DNA of 42,247 bases from Cellulosispirillum alkaliphilum (GCF_029688955.1 NZ_JARUKZ010000038.1), one strand, 5' to 3'; shown: positions 9,404-19,411, numbered from the stretch's first letter. Notes: generated by a model from the sequence alone, not told the origin. A program made the numbers and translations.

Positions 9404-10175
9404 TTAGTTGGGGTCGATTCTCTTTGCGTAGTTGGGGTCGGACCAGATTTGAGCAACCTAATTGCCCAAATTAAGCTGCAATGGGCAAAAAGATCTGTAC
9501 TCTAGTCAAACATCTCGGGCTTAGAGCTCGATGTGAAGGCATCTTATCAAGCTCTAAGAATCTAAAATGGTGCATCTCCCAAGATGCACCGATAAAGGTT
9601 AGAAGCACGATTCTCTTTTCGTAGTTGGGGTCGGACCAGATTTGATCAACCTAATTGCCCAATTTGAGCTGAAATGGGCAAATTCATCTGTATTATAGTC
9701 AAATATTCCGGGCTTAGAGCTCGATGGGAAGGCATCTTATCAAGCTCTAAGAATCTAAAATGGTGCATCTCCCAAAATTCACCGATAAAGGTTAGAAGCA
9801 CGATTCTCTTTTCGTAGTTGGGGTCGGACCAGATTTGAGCAACCTAATTGCCCAATTTGAGCTGAAATGGGCAAAATCATCTGTATTATAGTCAAAATTC
9901 CCGGGCTTAGAGCTCGATGGGAAGGCATCTTATCAAGCTCTAAGAATCTAAAATGGTGCATCTCCCAAAATTCACCGATAAAGGTTAGAAGCACGATTCT
10001 CTTTTCGTAGTTGGGGTCGGACCAGATTTGATCAACCTAATTGCCCAATTTGAGCTGAAATGGGCAAAATCATCTGTATTATAGTCAAATATTCCGGGCT
10101 TAGAGCTCGATGGGAAGGCATCTTATCAAGTTCTAAGAATCTAAAATGGTGCATCTCCCAAAATTCACCGACTTA
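9404..10175. repeat. Non-coding tandem array of 193-bp units: about 4 full copies at 9427, 9620, 9813 and 10006, plus a partial leading copy.
   Basis: Exact 193-bp periodicity. Copies 2-4 are more than 97% identical; copy 1 is more diverged. Each unit holds a 9-bp inverted repeat (CTTAGAGCT...AGCTCTAAG) and a 6-bp one (TGCCCA...TGGGCA). Copy 1 also has GGTGCATC...GATGCACC. Confidence 0.9.
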
Positions 10176-10297
10176 GGTTCTGAAGATAAGCGTTCCGGCA
10201 AAATGCAGACGGCTCTTACGAAAACTCATGGCGGCAGTACCGTTTACTGCCCCATCATAAATACATTTCTTTGATTTGCCTTTTTTTCCGTCTGTTT

Positions 10298-10771
10298 TTA
10301 AAGGAGTGCAGGACCGCAGCATTTTTTGAATTTTTTATTACTTCCGCAGGGACACGGGTCATTTCTTTTAACGGGAGCGCATGGTTTGCTGTACGTTTCA
10401 CCTCTGATTGTTCCATCTTCTCTAAACGATGAAAGGTAACGATCTTTACTACCTTCTACATACTCTATCAGATCCAATGCCCGGGGATCACGCCCGGTCG
10501 ATCCGGTAAAATGAAGATAGGAAATAACAAGGTCCGGTGCATTCTTTCGGGTTTCAAGAGAAAGCTGCAGTCTGCCAATGTGGTTTAGGGCGCGTTTAAC
10601 CGTCTCAAATGAGAACTCATCGTTTAGATTCTTGAAGAAAAGATGTAAAATCTCTCCTGAATTGTCCGCTCTGCATTGGCTCAGAAGAAAGTATTCTGAA
10701 CCAATGTATTCATCAATGAAGTCAGAAATAGAGTGCATACAGTGCTCCTTTGCCAAAGAAGTAAAATACAT
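10298..10771 (-). CDS. SEC-C motif domain protein (YecA-like)
   Basis: C-terminal 'RNDPCPCGSNKKFKKCCG' is a SecA-C-type metal-binding motif. Confidence 0.7.
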   Translation of the reverse strand: MYFTSLAKEHCMHSISDFIDEYIGSEYFLLSQCRADNSGEILHLFFKNLNDEFSFETVKRALNHIGRLQLSLETRKNAPDLVISYLHFTGSTGRDPRALDLIEYVEGSKDRYLSSFREDGTIRGETYSKPCAPVKRNDPCPCGSNKKFKKCCGPALL

Positions 10772-11192
10772 CCTGTATTACGGAAAAAAGGATGTGTTTA
10801 TGTGTAGTTTTTCTCGCAGCGGTCTTTTATGGAAAAATGAGTGGGAATCTCATCTTACTTATTTTCAGTTTTAATGTGTTTTAAAAGGGGCACCTTTGAA
10901 GCGGTGTTAGGAAATTTTTGTATTCAAGATACTCAAATTTTCGCAACCAAAGTGTTGGCTGTATATTAAATTCAGTAGAATTAATTCTTCGTCGCTTCCT
11001 GAACTAATATATCGCACTTTAAAGCACATAATAACATCTTACTATTTATAACCAAACCAAATGATTATAACGGCTATTTTGATGATTCCACCTAATAAAA
11101 AGAACATTGCAATTCAATAAGTTCTAAACTATTTTTTTATCTAATTATATTTTTTATCCCGCCCAAGCTTTTGTTAATAAAGTGAGCAAATC

Positions 11193-13622
11193 ATGCGTTC
11201 AAATCTTATTTCGATATTACTTCTAGTTATGTTTTTTTACTCATGCAATGCTTTCAAATCTCCTACCCATCCTTCTGAAAAAATCGAAAATGTGAATGTT
11301 GAATTATTTATTAATGAAAAGAACAAAGCCGGTTTTATAGAAGGCGAAGAGTTCTCTTTTCAGCTGTTCATTTACCTACCCCAGCATGTAAATGAAATCG
11401 AAATATCATTTGGAATCGATGAATGGGATACTGTTTTTCAATATAGGAACGTAGATTCCTTTTATGATACTTTAGAGTTTACTTCAAACTTTAAGCGCTA
11501 CGGAGATAAAAAAATAACCGCGACTCTCTATCTTGGGGAAAATTCCCTCTCCAAAACCGACACACTACCTATTACGATAATGCCTGCAATACCGAAAATT
11601 ACCAGTAATCCCGAGGATCAGAACATAACAATAGGTTCCCTGGCTGTTTTCAGCGTTTCTGCCGAAGGAAGCTCTATAAGATATCAGTGGCAAAGGAATG
11701 AATTAGATATTGCTGGGGAACAGTCAGCTTCATTAGTTCTAACAAATTTGTCTCTTTTAAATAGTAATGAAAAATATCGCTGCATAGTAACTAACGCATC
11801 TGGTAGTGATACAAGCGAAACTGCCACTCTTTTTGTAGTGGAAGAAGCAATCGCTCCTAATATTATCAATGAGCCACAGGATGCTTATGTTAAAGAAGGA
11901 GAAACCGTTTCTTTTTATGTCGAAGCCTCCGGAACGAATCTTCAGTATCAATGGTTAAAAAATGGAGATAGGATTGAAAAAGCAAATACCAATAGACTGA
12001 ACCTTGAGCAAGTATCAATTAACAAAAATGGGTCTTCATTTAAATGTGTGGTAAGTAACAGTGAGGGAACTGATACATCTCAGAGTGCTACACTTACAGT
12101 GACAGAACAAGTGATAGCACCTCAAATTGTAAAACACCCTAAAGATATAAAAGTTATTGATGGTGACAGTGCTGTATTCTCAGTGGAAGCAACAGGCACT
12201 GATCTTGACTTTCAGTGGCTTAAGGACAGTGTTGTAATTGAAGGGGCTAATGAGCCGAGGTATACTCTTTCATCTATCGGTCAGCATGATGGAGCTGTTT
12301 TCGCTTGCATAGTGAGTAACTCAAAAGACAGCATAGTCAGCAACGATGCAATTCTCAATGTACTTTTCACTATTACCTATAATGGAAATGGAGAAGATGG
12401 GGGTAGTATTCCTGTGGACAATAACAGCTATCCCTCTGGATATGAGGCTACAGTAAGGAACAACCTTTCCACGGGAGGACTATACAAAAAAGGTTATACT
12501 TTTGGTGGTTGGATCGAAAATACCAATGAGGGGAATGTGTTAAATGGTGGAAACACTATAATTATAAAAAATTCATTAACTTTGTATGCAGTATGGATAC
12601 CAGAGCTTAAACTCACAAAACAACCAGATGATATGCAGATAAGCTCAGGCGAAAGTGTTTCATTTTCTGTTGAAGTGGTTGGAGGTAGTAATCTGCGTTT
12701 TGAATGGTATAGGGATGATAACTATATTCCAAATTCAAATAATCCTGTTCTTAAGATTCCTGTTGCCACATTACTGGATAGCGGTAATTACTATTGTGTT
12801 ATAAAAAGTTCATCAAAAAGCATTGTAAGCAATAAAGCAAAGCTTAGCGTACAACCAGCTCCATGGAGACCTTCTGAGCCAAAAGAATATAAGAATGGAA
12901 TGGTTAAGGTAATTGCCAAAGGGTATGGTTTCAATATGGGGGCAACTGAAATAGCTGAGCCAATTACAGAAGTTACTTTTACTTATGATTTCTGGATCGA
13001 TACAGTCCCGGTTACAATTTCCAAATACCACTCTGTGATGGGAAGCAGCCCTGACTATGATGCCTCTCATGACCACCCGATACATGAGGTAACATGGTAC
13101 AATGCTGCTCGGTATTGCAATGCCTTAAGTATAATTCATGGCCTGGAACCTGTATATGACACAACCGTTGCAGGTTTCCCGATTAATTATAATAAAAATG
13201 GATACAGGTTACCCACAGAAGCAGAATGGGAATATGCTTGCCGAGCTGGTTCAGAAACAAGATATTTTTGGGGGTATTCATTTGATGATAGTTACGTGGC
13301 ATATTTCAATGAAGAGTTCCAACCTGTTGGAACAGTTCTCCCAAACAACTATGGGATTTATGAGATGCTAGGTAGCGTTTTTGAGTGGTGTAATGATTAT
13401 GAAGAACTCCACCCAGGAGGCTCACTGGTTGACCCTAAAGGTGGTAATTATCCCCATCCAATTGATACCCGTTTCCCAGATTATACCGTTAGAGTGTTAA
13501 GAGGCGGTAAATATCTGAATAACGACCTTTTTGATTACCGTTCTGCCCAGAGGAGTGTTTCCAGGGCCGTTTTAGGACTTGACAGGTTTGGTTTCAGAGT
13601 CGTTTTACCGATACAGGAATAG
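11193..13622 (+). CDS. Surface lipoprotein with five Ig-like (I-set-like) repeats, one Listeria/Bacteroides (InlB B-repeat) module and a C-terminal FGE-sulfatase (SUMF1-type) domain
   Basis: Lipobox 'FFYSCNA'. Five about 90-aa repeats of the pattern 'I...P.D..v..G..a.F.V.A.G..l.yQW.k.......t..L....a..nG..ykCvvsN..G.d.S..A.L.V'. B-repeat 'YTITYNGNG...GYTFGGW'. C-terminus 'HEVTWYNAARYCNALS...GYRLPTEAEWEYACRAG...RVLRGG' matches FGE-sulfatase. Confidence 0.8.
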   Translation: MRSNLISILLLVMFFYSCNAFKSPTHPSEKIENVNVELFINEKNKAGFIEGEEFSFQLFIYLPQHVNEIEISFGIDEWDTVFQYRNVDSFYDTLEFTSNFKRYGDKKITATLYLGENSLSKTDTLPITIMPAIPKITSNPEDQNITIGSLAVFSVSAEGSSIRYQWQRNELDIAGEQSASLVLTNLSLLNSNEKYRCIVTNASGSDTSETATLFVVEEAIAPNIINEPQDAYVKEGETVSFYVEASGTNLQYQWLKNGDRIEKANTNRLNLEQVSINKNGSSFKCVVSNSEGTDTSQSATLTVTEQVIAPQIVKHPKDIKVIDGDSAVFSVEATGTDLDFQWLKDSVVIEGANEPRYTLSSIGQHDGAVFACIVSNSKDSIVSNDAILNVLFTITYNGNGEDGGSIPVDNNSYPSGYEATVRNNLSTGGLYKKGYTFGGWIENTNEGNVLNGGNTIIIKNSLTLYAVWIPELKLTKQPDDMQISSGESVSFSVEVVGGSNLRFEWYRDDNYIPNSNNPVLKIPVATLLDSGNYYCVIKSSSKSIVSNKAKLSVQPAPWRPSEPKEYKNGMVKVIAKGYGFNMGATEIAEPITEVTFTYDFWIDTVPVTISKYHSVMGSSPDYDASHDHPIHEVTWYNAARYCNALSIIHGLEPVYDTTVAGFPINYNKNGYRLPTEAEWEYACRAGSETRYFWGYSFDDSYVAYFNEEFQPVGTVLPNNYGIYEMLGSVFEWCNDYEELHPGGSLVDPKGGNYPHPIDTRFPDYTVRVLRGGKYLNNDLFDYRSAQRSVSRAVLGLDRFGFRVVLPIQE

Positions 13623-13907
13623 TTTTTATATGGTAAAACTCCTAAAAACTTAATTATGATAGCGCTCCTTTTTGCTACCATTGTCATTCATGACAACACT
13701 GTCTCTTTGCCATACCGTTCAAATCAAACCGATTTAATTTAAATGAGCACTAACTGTTTTGAACAGGTCTTTGTCCAGCATCTATACCCCCCTTTCCTAT
13801 CCCCCCCAGATATAAGGGATGGATAATCCACACACGCATACGAGACTGAGAAGATTTTTTTGATCTATTAAAGCGCTTAAACATCTGCAACGCAGAAGGG
13901 AGATGGG

Positions 13908-16160
13908 ATGAGGTTAACTTTCCGTGCACTTTTTACAGCTATGTTTCTATTACTAGCAGCCAGTGAAAGCTATGCCACGTGGGATCCATGCGGGTTCAAT
14001 TTCGGCATGACTTATGCAGAAAATCGTGAAATTCCAGATGAAGTGAATTACTTAACCATTTGGGCTGGTTGTGACGAGGAAAACAGATTTAACAACTACT
14101 GGCATGGAGAGATGCTCAGAACCTGCATACAGCACAACAAAACACCGGTGTTTTATGCCTATATCATTGCCTTTGCTGCCAGAAGAGAGAGGGGGTTACA
14201 AGATTGTGATAAAAATTCATCAAATAATCTCTGTACAGATGGTGCAAACTTTATCAGAGAGAACTGGTCTGAAATAAAAGCTGAATATTCAATGTATGCC
14301 TCCGAAACAGCCAATATATGGGGAACATCTGAACCGATTATCTGGCTCATGGAACCGGATTTCTACCAGTATAACTCTTCATCTCAACAAGGCGGGGGAA
14401 TATCTGCCCAGGAGCTTGGTGAGAAGATGAATGAACTGGTCACAATAATTAAAAGTCACCTGCCTAATGCAATTATTTCTGTAGATATTTCACCATGGAT
14501 TGAGGACCAGGCTGCATGGTATAATAACTTTGACATGTCTACATTCTCTTATGCCAATACTTCCGGCGGCCGCACATCAGCCCACAGCCAATATATTCGT
14601 GCAAACGAAAACCCAACAACATGGAATGAGATTCACAACATCACGGGACTTGGAATAATTGCCGATGATGGCTATGGAGTGGGAGGTGGCAACACCGGCC
14701 ATGATGATACCTGGGATGATGTAAACAACCTAAATGCCCGCATTGCAGATGGAGTTGTTGCTATAACCCAAGCCGATCCAAAGCCAAACTGGGGTGCTAC
14801 CATTCAACAGATAAGACCACAGCTAGACGATATTATTACATGTTCGGATAATGGCGGCGGTGGTGGCGGCCACGAACCAAACACCTACTCCCTTTCCACA
14901 CACACGCAGGGACAAGGCTCTGTAAGCAGAGACCCTAACAACGATTCCTACCCCGCTGGCACAAGCGTGCAGCTAACTGCAAACGCAAATGAAGGGTGGA
15001 CATTCTCAGGATGGAGCGGTGATGGTGTACATGGAGATCAAAACCCGCTATCTGTTACTGTCAGCTCCGATATGAATATCACCGCCACCTTTACCAGATT
15101 GCAAGATGATGATGACCACGAACCGACCTACTCCCTATCCACACATACGCAGGGACAAGGCTCTGTAAGCAGAAACCCTAACAGCGACTCCTACCCCGCT
15201 GGTACAAGCGTGCAGTTAACTGCAAATGCAAATGAAGGGTGGAGATTCTCAGGATGGAGCGGTGATGGTGTTTACGGAGATCAAAACCCGCTATCTGTAA
15301 CGGTTAACTCAACTATGAATATCACCGCCACCTTTACCAGATTACAGGATAACGATGATGGTGATGATAGTGGTGATGACGACAGTGATGATAGCAGTGA
15401 GGGTGATGAAAGTCGCGGCGGTGGCAGCCAACCAGGAGAAAACATACTGGAAAACGGCGACTTTTCATCAGGTACGGACTCCTGGCATTTCAATAACCAC
15501 GGTGCGGAATCGGAAGGTACGGTTGAGAACGGGGAATTTGTAATCACCATAGATGACCCTGGAACCGCTCACTGGAATATTCAGTTCCATCAGTATGTGC
15601 CTTTAGAACAGGGCCAAACCTATATGCTTTCCTTTGATGCCTGGGCCTCGGAACCAAGATCCCTGGTAGCAAATGTCGGCCAGTCATCAGGGGATTACGC
15701 CAGTTACAGCGGAGAACAGGAAGTTGATCTTTCTACCTCAAGACAAACTTTTACCGAAATGTTTACCATGAATGAGGCCAGTGATAATGATGCCAGATTT
15801 GAGTTTAATGCAGGAGCAAGTGGCACCGGTACGGTTTATATCGACAATGTTGAATTAAGTATTGCTCAGACGACATCAATTCCTAAAATTTCCGTACCGA
15901 ACATTCCTTCAAACTGGTCAATAGGTGTAAATGGTGGCTCGTTTGTGATCAATGCTGCAACCCCGAAACAGGTGGAGCTAAGTATGTATGATATACGCGG
16001 CCGACTTGCAGGACGACTCTACAATGGAAAGATAACCGCAGGTAATCATACAATTACTCTTAATCACAAAAGGTTTCCTTCAGGAACCTACATTGTAATT
16101 CTTAGGGACGCAAACAGGAAAGAATTGGCTAAATCCACTACCGTTATCAGAAACAGATAA
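13908..16160 (+). CDS. Secreted multidomain glycanase: N-terminal putative TIM-barrel catalytic domain, 2x near-identical InlB-type B-repeats, acidic linker, CBM4/9-like module and T9SS-type CTD
   Basis: Signal peptide 'MFLLLAASESYA'. 'WLMEPDF' is a possible GH-A acid/base motif. Two 82/81-aa repeats 'HEP(N)TYSLSTHTQGQGSVSR...GWSGDG...ITATFTRLQD' at nt 14871-15116 and 15117-15359. D/S-rich linker. 'ENGDFSSGTDSWHFN...' is CBM-like. C-terminal 'GTYIVILRDANRKELAKSTTVI' is a CTD. Confidence 0.75.
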   Translation: MRLTFRALFTAMFLLLAASESYATWDPCGFNFGMTYAENREIPDEVNYLTIWAGCDEENRFNNYWHGEMLRTCIQHNKTPVFYAYIIAFAARRERGLQDCDKNSSNNLCTDGANFIRENWSEIKAEYSMYASETANIWGTSEPIIWLMEPDFYQYNSSSQQGGGISAQELGEKMNELVTIIKSHLPNAIISVDISPWIEDQAAWYNNFDMSTFSYANTSGGRTSAHSQYIRANENPTTWNEIHNITGLGIIADDGYGVGGGNTGHDDTWDDVNNLNARIADGVVAITQADPKPNWGATIQQIRPQLDDIITCSDNGGGGGGHEPNTYSLSTHTQGQGSVSRDPNNDSYPAGTSVQLTANANEGWTFSGWSGDGVHGDQNPLSVTVSSDMNITATFTRLQDDDDHEPTYSLSTHTQGQGSVSRNPNSDSYPAGTSVQLTANANEGWRFSGWSGDGVYGDQNPLSVTVNSTMNITATFTRLQDNDDGDDSGDDDSDDSSEGDESRGGGSQPGENILENGDFSSGTDSWHFNNHGAESEGTVENGEFVITIDDPGTAHWNIQFHQYVPLEQGQTYMLSFDAWASEPRSLVANVGQSSGDYASYSGEQEVDLSTSRQTFTEMFTMNEASDNDARFEFNAGASGTGTVYIDNVELSIAQTTSIPKISVPNIPSNWSIGVNGGSFVINAATPKQVELSMYDIRGRLAGRLYNGKITAGNHTITLNHKRFPSGTYIVILRDANRKELAKSTTVIRNR

Positions 16161-16263
16161 ATTGATTTTTAATCTATTGGGGCGTGTCCAAAAAGCACGC
16201 TCCTTTTTGTTTACCGAACTTAACAACGAATATGGGTTGACAGGTACTGTAGAACTCCAAAAA

Positions 16264-16845
16264 TCAGGGCTGATATCTCCCACCAAACAGCTCTCTTGCC
16301 TTGCAAGTCCATTTTGAAACAAACTCAGTTTTACCCTCTGTATAAGCATCTCTGTTATGCTCGTAACGCTCCTTTAAGCGCTGTTTTAATTCTCCATAGC
16401 GTATTGCCACATCTTTATTGCTTAACAGATAATCCCTGAAATACAACTCATCCCAATCCCCGGGGAAACGAACATGGAGATGATAAACTTTCTGAGCAAA
16501 CCCATTAGGGGTGTAACCCTTATTAAATGACATCTCAAAGTAATCATCCTTTTTAAATGCCATAAGTGTCCAGTCGGCATTTTGCAGCTTATTTTTCACT
16601 GTATCGGTATCACAGTTATAATCGATTTCCAGTAGTATATCAACAGTTGGTTTTGCAATCAGCCCCCTGACTGCACTGCTCCCCATGTGACTTATCCGCC
16701 TGATATTTTTTGCCCCTACGATCTTCTCTATCGCCTCTTTTTCTGATAAATACCATTCTTTATACCTGGTAGTATGTTCACGCAGGATTATGGGAAACAG
16801 CTGCCAGAGTTCTTCTAAACTCATTTGGGATAGTGGTTTTTTCAT
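16264..16845 (-). CDS. GrpB-family (UPF0157) protein. The start chosen is 'MKKPLSQMSLEEL'; the ORF is open back to 16911.
   Basis: 'ISHMGSSAVRGLIAKPTVDILLEID' and 'HLHVR' are the GrpB signature. Confidence 0.7.
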   Translation of the reverse strand: MKKPLSQMSLEELWQLFPIILREHTTRYKEWYLSEKEAIEKIVGAKNIRRISHMGSSAVRGLIAKPTVDILLEIDYNCDTDTVKNKLQNADWTLMAFKKDDYFEMSFNKGYTPNGFAQKVYHLHVRFPGDWDELYFRDYLLSNKDVAIRYGELKQRLKERYEHNRDAYTEGKTEFVSKWTCKARELFGGRYQP

Positions 16846-17087
16846 AGGTGATTTAGCTCTGTAATTCAAAAATGTAGTGGTGTTAGCAGGCGACGCAACG
16901 ACTTTTGGCATCTCGTTTCCCCCTGATCAAAATGTACTACAATACCGGCTCTGCCACAAGGTATTTAGGAAGCTATTACCGCGGCGAAAGAGAACGTTAT
17001 ACGCGAATAGCCAAAAACTAAGTTTTTGGCCATTCTACATCTGATATTATCCACGACATCGCATGGATATACAGGTTAGCTGTTGGG

Positions 17088-18992
17088 TTATGAATTGATA
17101 AGTTTCTCATAATCTTCATCAGAACCATTATCCATACAACATTCGATGATTTTACGACCTATACTATCGAGACCATCATCCCGGAATTTTTCAAGTTCCT
17201 TTCTGAAAAATCCGTGAAGGATTTCTGCGCCTTTGTCGTACCCCTCTATTCCGACTTCCGGCTGTTCCTCAACCCTCAGAAGCTCGTGAGGAATCGGGCT
17301 ACCTTCCACCTGCATCGACTTGAGTGTGTGTCCGAGCAGTGAACATCTCGATTCGACCAGCTGATCCGCTTTGAATCGTGCCATACCACGACGTGACAGA
17401 TACTCTCGGGATATCCACTGTGGCATAAAACTTACTTTCCATGCGCCTACATGCTGGTTAGGAGTCAACGAATACCTGGTCTCAGGTGTTTCAATAATCT
17501 GACGCAAAAGCAAATTGGCGTGATCCACGAACCTGCCTGATGCAAATGGCCAGTATGATCCCACACCCTCACTGGTCAAAGCCTCACTTTCAGTGATACT
17601 TGGATTTGCATGACCACGAGGAGCGACAAGACGCCACAGCCATGCCAGTGCAGGCGAAAGGAAATGCAGATACCCTACGATTCCATAGGTCGGCATCTCT
17701 TTTGTACAAGGAGGAGTACGGATCCCGAAGTTTCGCAACTGTACTTCAACCATACCGTTCACCGTTCCAGGAACCAAATGACGCGGCAGTATAACCCGGG
17801 GATTAGGACACGGCACTCCTGGCTTGTCCTGGATATGATCCCAGACCAGAATCGTTGAGTCCGGAGCACCTTCAAGATTAAGGAATATAAGAGGTTCTTC
17901 GGGATGTATAGTCACCTTTTCAAGATGAGGATCAGTACCATAATGAAGCAGGTGATTTAACCGTACAAACCATGCCTGTTCCGCATCACAGGCCACCACC
18001 TGTTTGCTGTCATTCTGAGCAGAAGTATGACACATTGCCATATCATCGGTAACGGGATTGAGAACGCATCCGTGGGGAAGAGTAAGATATTTACGTTCAT
18101 TGCTGTTTACACAATTTTCGCCCAGAAGAAGGCGTCCGTCCTCTTCACGGTGAACATGCTCAAGCATCTCACTTTTTCCGCTTCCGCTTGCACCTTCATG
18201 CATAATTGTAGACACATTGTCATAGGGTGTTACCACCTGAACAGTGGATGCGTGCAGGGTAGTCCACTCCTCTTTCTCACCTATTGACAACAACACACCG
18301 TAGACTCCCTTTTTGGCACTGGGACCAGGGTAGAGATTGTAGGAAAAAATCTCATAAAGATCATCACAACGGTTATGTACCACTACCTGCTTACCATCAA
18401 AATGAGTGTGACGGAAAGGAGGGGCAAGATAGAGTGTGGTATGAACCTTAAAGTCATGGTCAAGCTTAAAGATATCCAGTATACCCTGCAGATCGGCAAG
18501 TCCAGCCACAAAAAATCCGGCATTTGCAGGAGCGACCAGTAACCCTCCGTAGCCTTCATCATCCTCAAACGCGCCGACCGTAAAAGCGGTGACAATCAGG
18601 TCCTGTTGCTTAAGCCATTCAAACGTTTCTTCACGTACGCCACCAAACTCTTTTCCCTGCCGTTCTTTAAAGGTGACTTTGTCGGTCGGCTTGTCATCAC
18701 CTATCAACATACACTCGGGATCTCTTCGGCGCATGTATTCCTCAAGATAGTTCACCGCAAAACCATTTTTACACCTGTTAACCTGAACCTCTTTTACATA
18801 GTTACCATTTACATCATAACCCACATCAAAAGTCTTATTCTGCGGATTGCCGAGTGCCACATCGAGCAGCCCTGCGCGATTTCCGATAAACTGATATGAT
18901 TTTGCCGCACGCAAGACATCTTTCACATGCTCCGGCACAATCATTTTGTCCAGAATTTCAGTTGTACACACAGTCATAGGTTTTCCTTTCAT
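17088..18992 (-). CDS. Large DUF4914-like protein with an HPr-kinase-type P-loop (GxSGxGKSE)
   Basis: Walker A 'GASGSGKSEMLE' resembles the HprK/PEPCK-type P-loop. At 634 aa with no TM segments, the size fits DUF4914-like proteins. Confidence 0.55.
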   Translation of the reverse strand: MKGKPMTVCTTEILDKMIVPEHVKDVLRAAKSYQFIGNRAGLLDVALGNPQNKTFDVGYDVNGNYVKEVQVNRCKNGFAVNYLEEYMRRRDPECMLIGDDKPTDKVTFKERQGKEFGGVREETFEWLKQQDLIVTAFTVGAFEDDEGYGGLLVAPANAGFFVAGLADLQGILDIFKLDHDFKVHTTLYLAPPFRHTHFDGKQVVVHNRCDDLYEIFSYNLYPGPSAKKGVYGVLLSIGEKEEWTTLHASTVQVVTPYDNVSTIMHEGASGSGKSEMLEHVHREEDGRLLLGENCVNSNERKYLTLPHGCVLNPVTDDMAMCHTSAQNDSKQVVACDAEQAWFVRLNHLLHYGTDPHLEKVTIHPEEPLIFLNLEGAPDSTILVWDHIQDKPGVPCPNPRVILPRHLVPGTVNGMVEVQLRNFGIRTPPCTKEMPTYGIVGYLHFLSPALAWLWRLVAPRGHANPSITESEALTSEGVGSYWPFASGRFVDHANLLLRQIIETPETRYSLTPNQHVGAWKVSFMPQWISREYLSRRGMARFKADQLVESRCSLLGHTLKSMQVEGSPIPHELLRVEEQPEVGIEGYDKGAEILHGFFRKELEKFRDDGLDSIGRKIIECCMDNGSDEDYEKLINS

Positions 18993-19042
18993 AAAGGTTT
19001 ATAAGTTCACTAAATATTATTTTCACTACCTATATTTAAAGT

Positions 19043-19411
19043 TCATTTTAATCCAAAAAACAGAACTATCACCGCGCTTCCGTACTGCGGATCAACAGTG
19101 AAAAAAGAGCGGATAACTGTTTTGTCCAGATTATTTTCCAACCGTGAATGCAGAACAGAATTTGAAACATTAAACAGTTCGGTATACATTTCCTGGATCA
19201 TTGAACGGGACAACTGTTTCTTTGCCAATTCCAACTCTGCAGGATGTGATACCCCCTCAAGCGTCACCGTCACCGACTGCTCATGAACATCAACCGATAC
19301 TTTTTTGGGATAAATCCCCATCTGCTCACTACCGTAGGAACAGACCTCCCGGGCGATTATGGAGCTCAGCGACTCTGTATCTTTTTCTGTGCTGTTGTTT
19401 CCTTCCATCAT
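19043..19411 (-). CDS. DUF2294-family protein (paralog 2)
   Basis: Architecture and motifs are similar to the neighbouring DUF2294 protein ('VSVDVHEQSVTVTLEGVSHPAELEL...'). Confidence 0.55.
   Translation of the reverse strand: MMEGNNSTEKDTESLSSIIAREVCSYGSEQMGIYPKKVSVDVHEQSVTVTLEGVSHPAELELAKKQLSRSMIQEMYTELFNVSNSVLHSRLENNLDKTVIRSFFTVDPQYGSAVIVLFFGLK

Noticed and set aside
9470-10020. Small ORFs inside the tandem repeat (a 48-codon ORF per unit on the plus strand; the 71-aa ORF at 9779-9994 on the minus strand)
   Set aside because: The unit length is not a multiple of 3. Substitutions between copies are mostly non-synonymous with no codon-position bias. There is no RBS. These ORFs are artefacts of repetition.
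9404-10175. Possible CRISPR array
   Set aside because: The units are 193 bp and are complete copies of one another. There are no unique spacers between short repeats, and no cas genes.
13681-13696. 16-bp palindrome TTGTCATTCATGACAA about 210 bp upstream of the glycanase gene
   Set aside because: It is a possible operator, but it is isolated and I cannot tie it to any regulator in the window. It is noted only.
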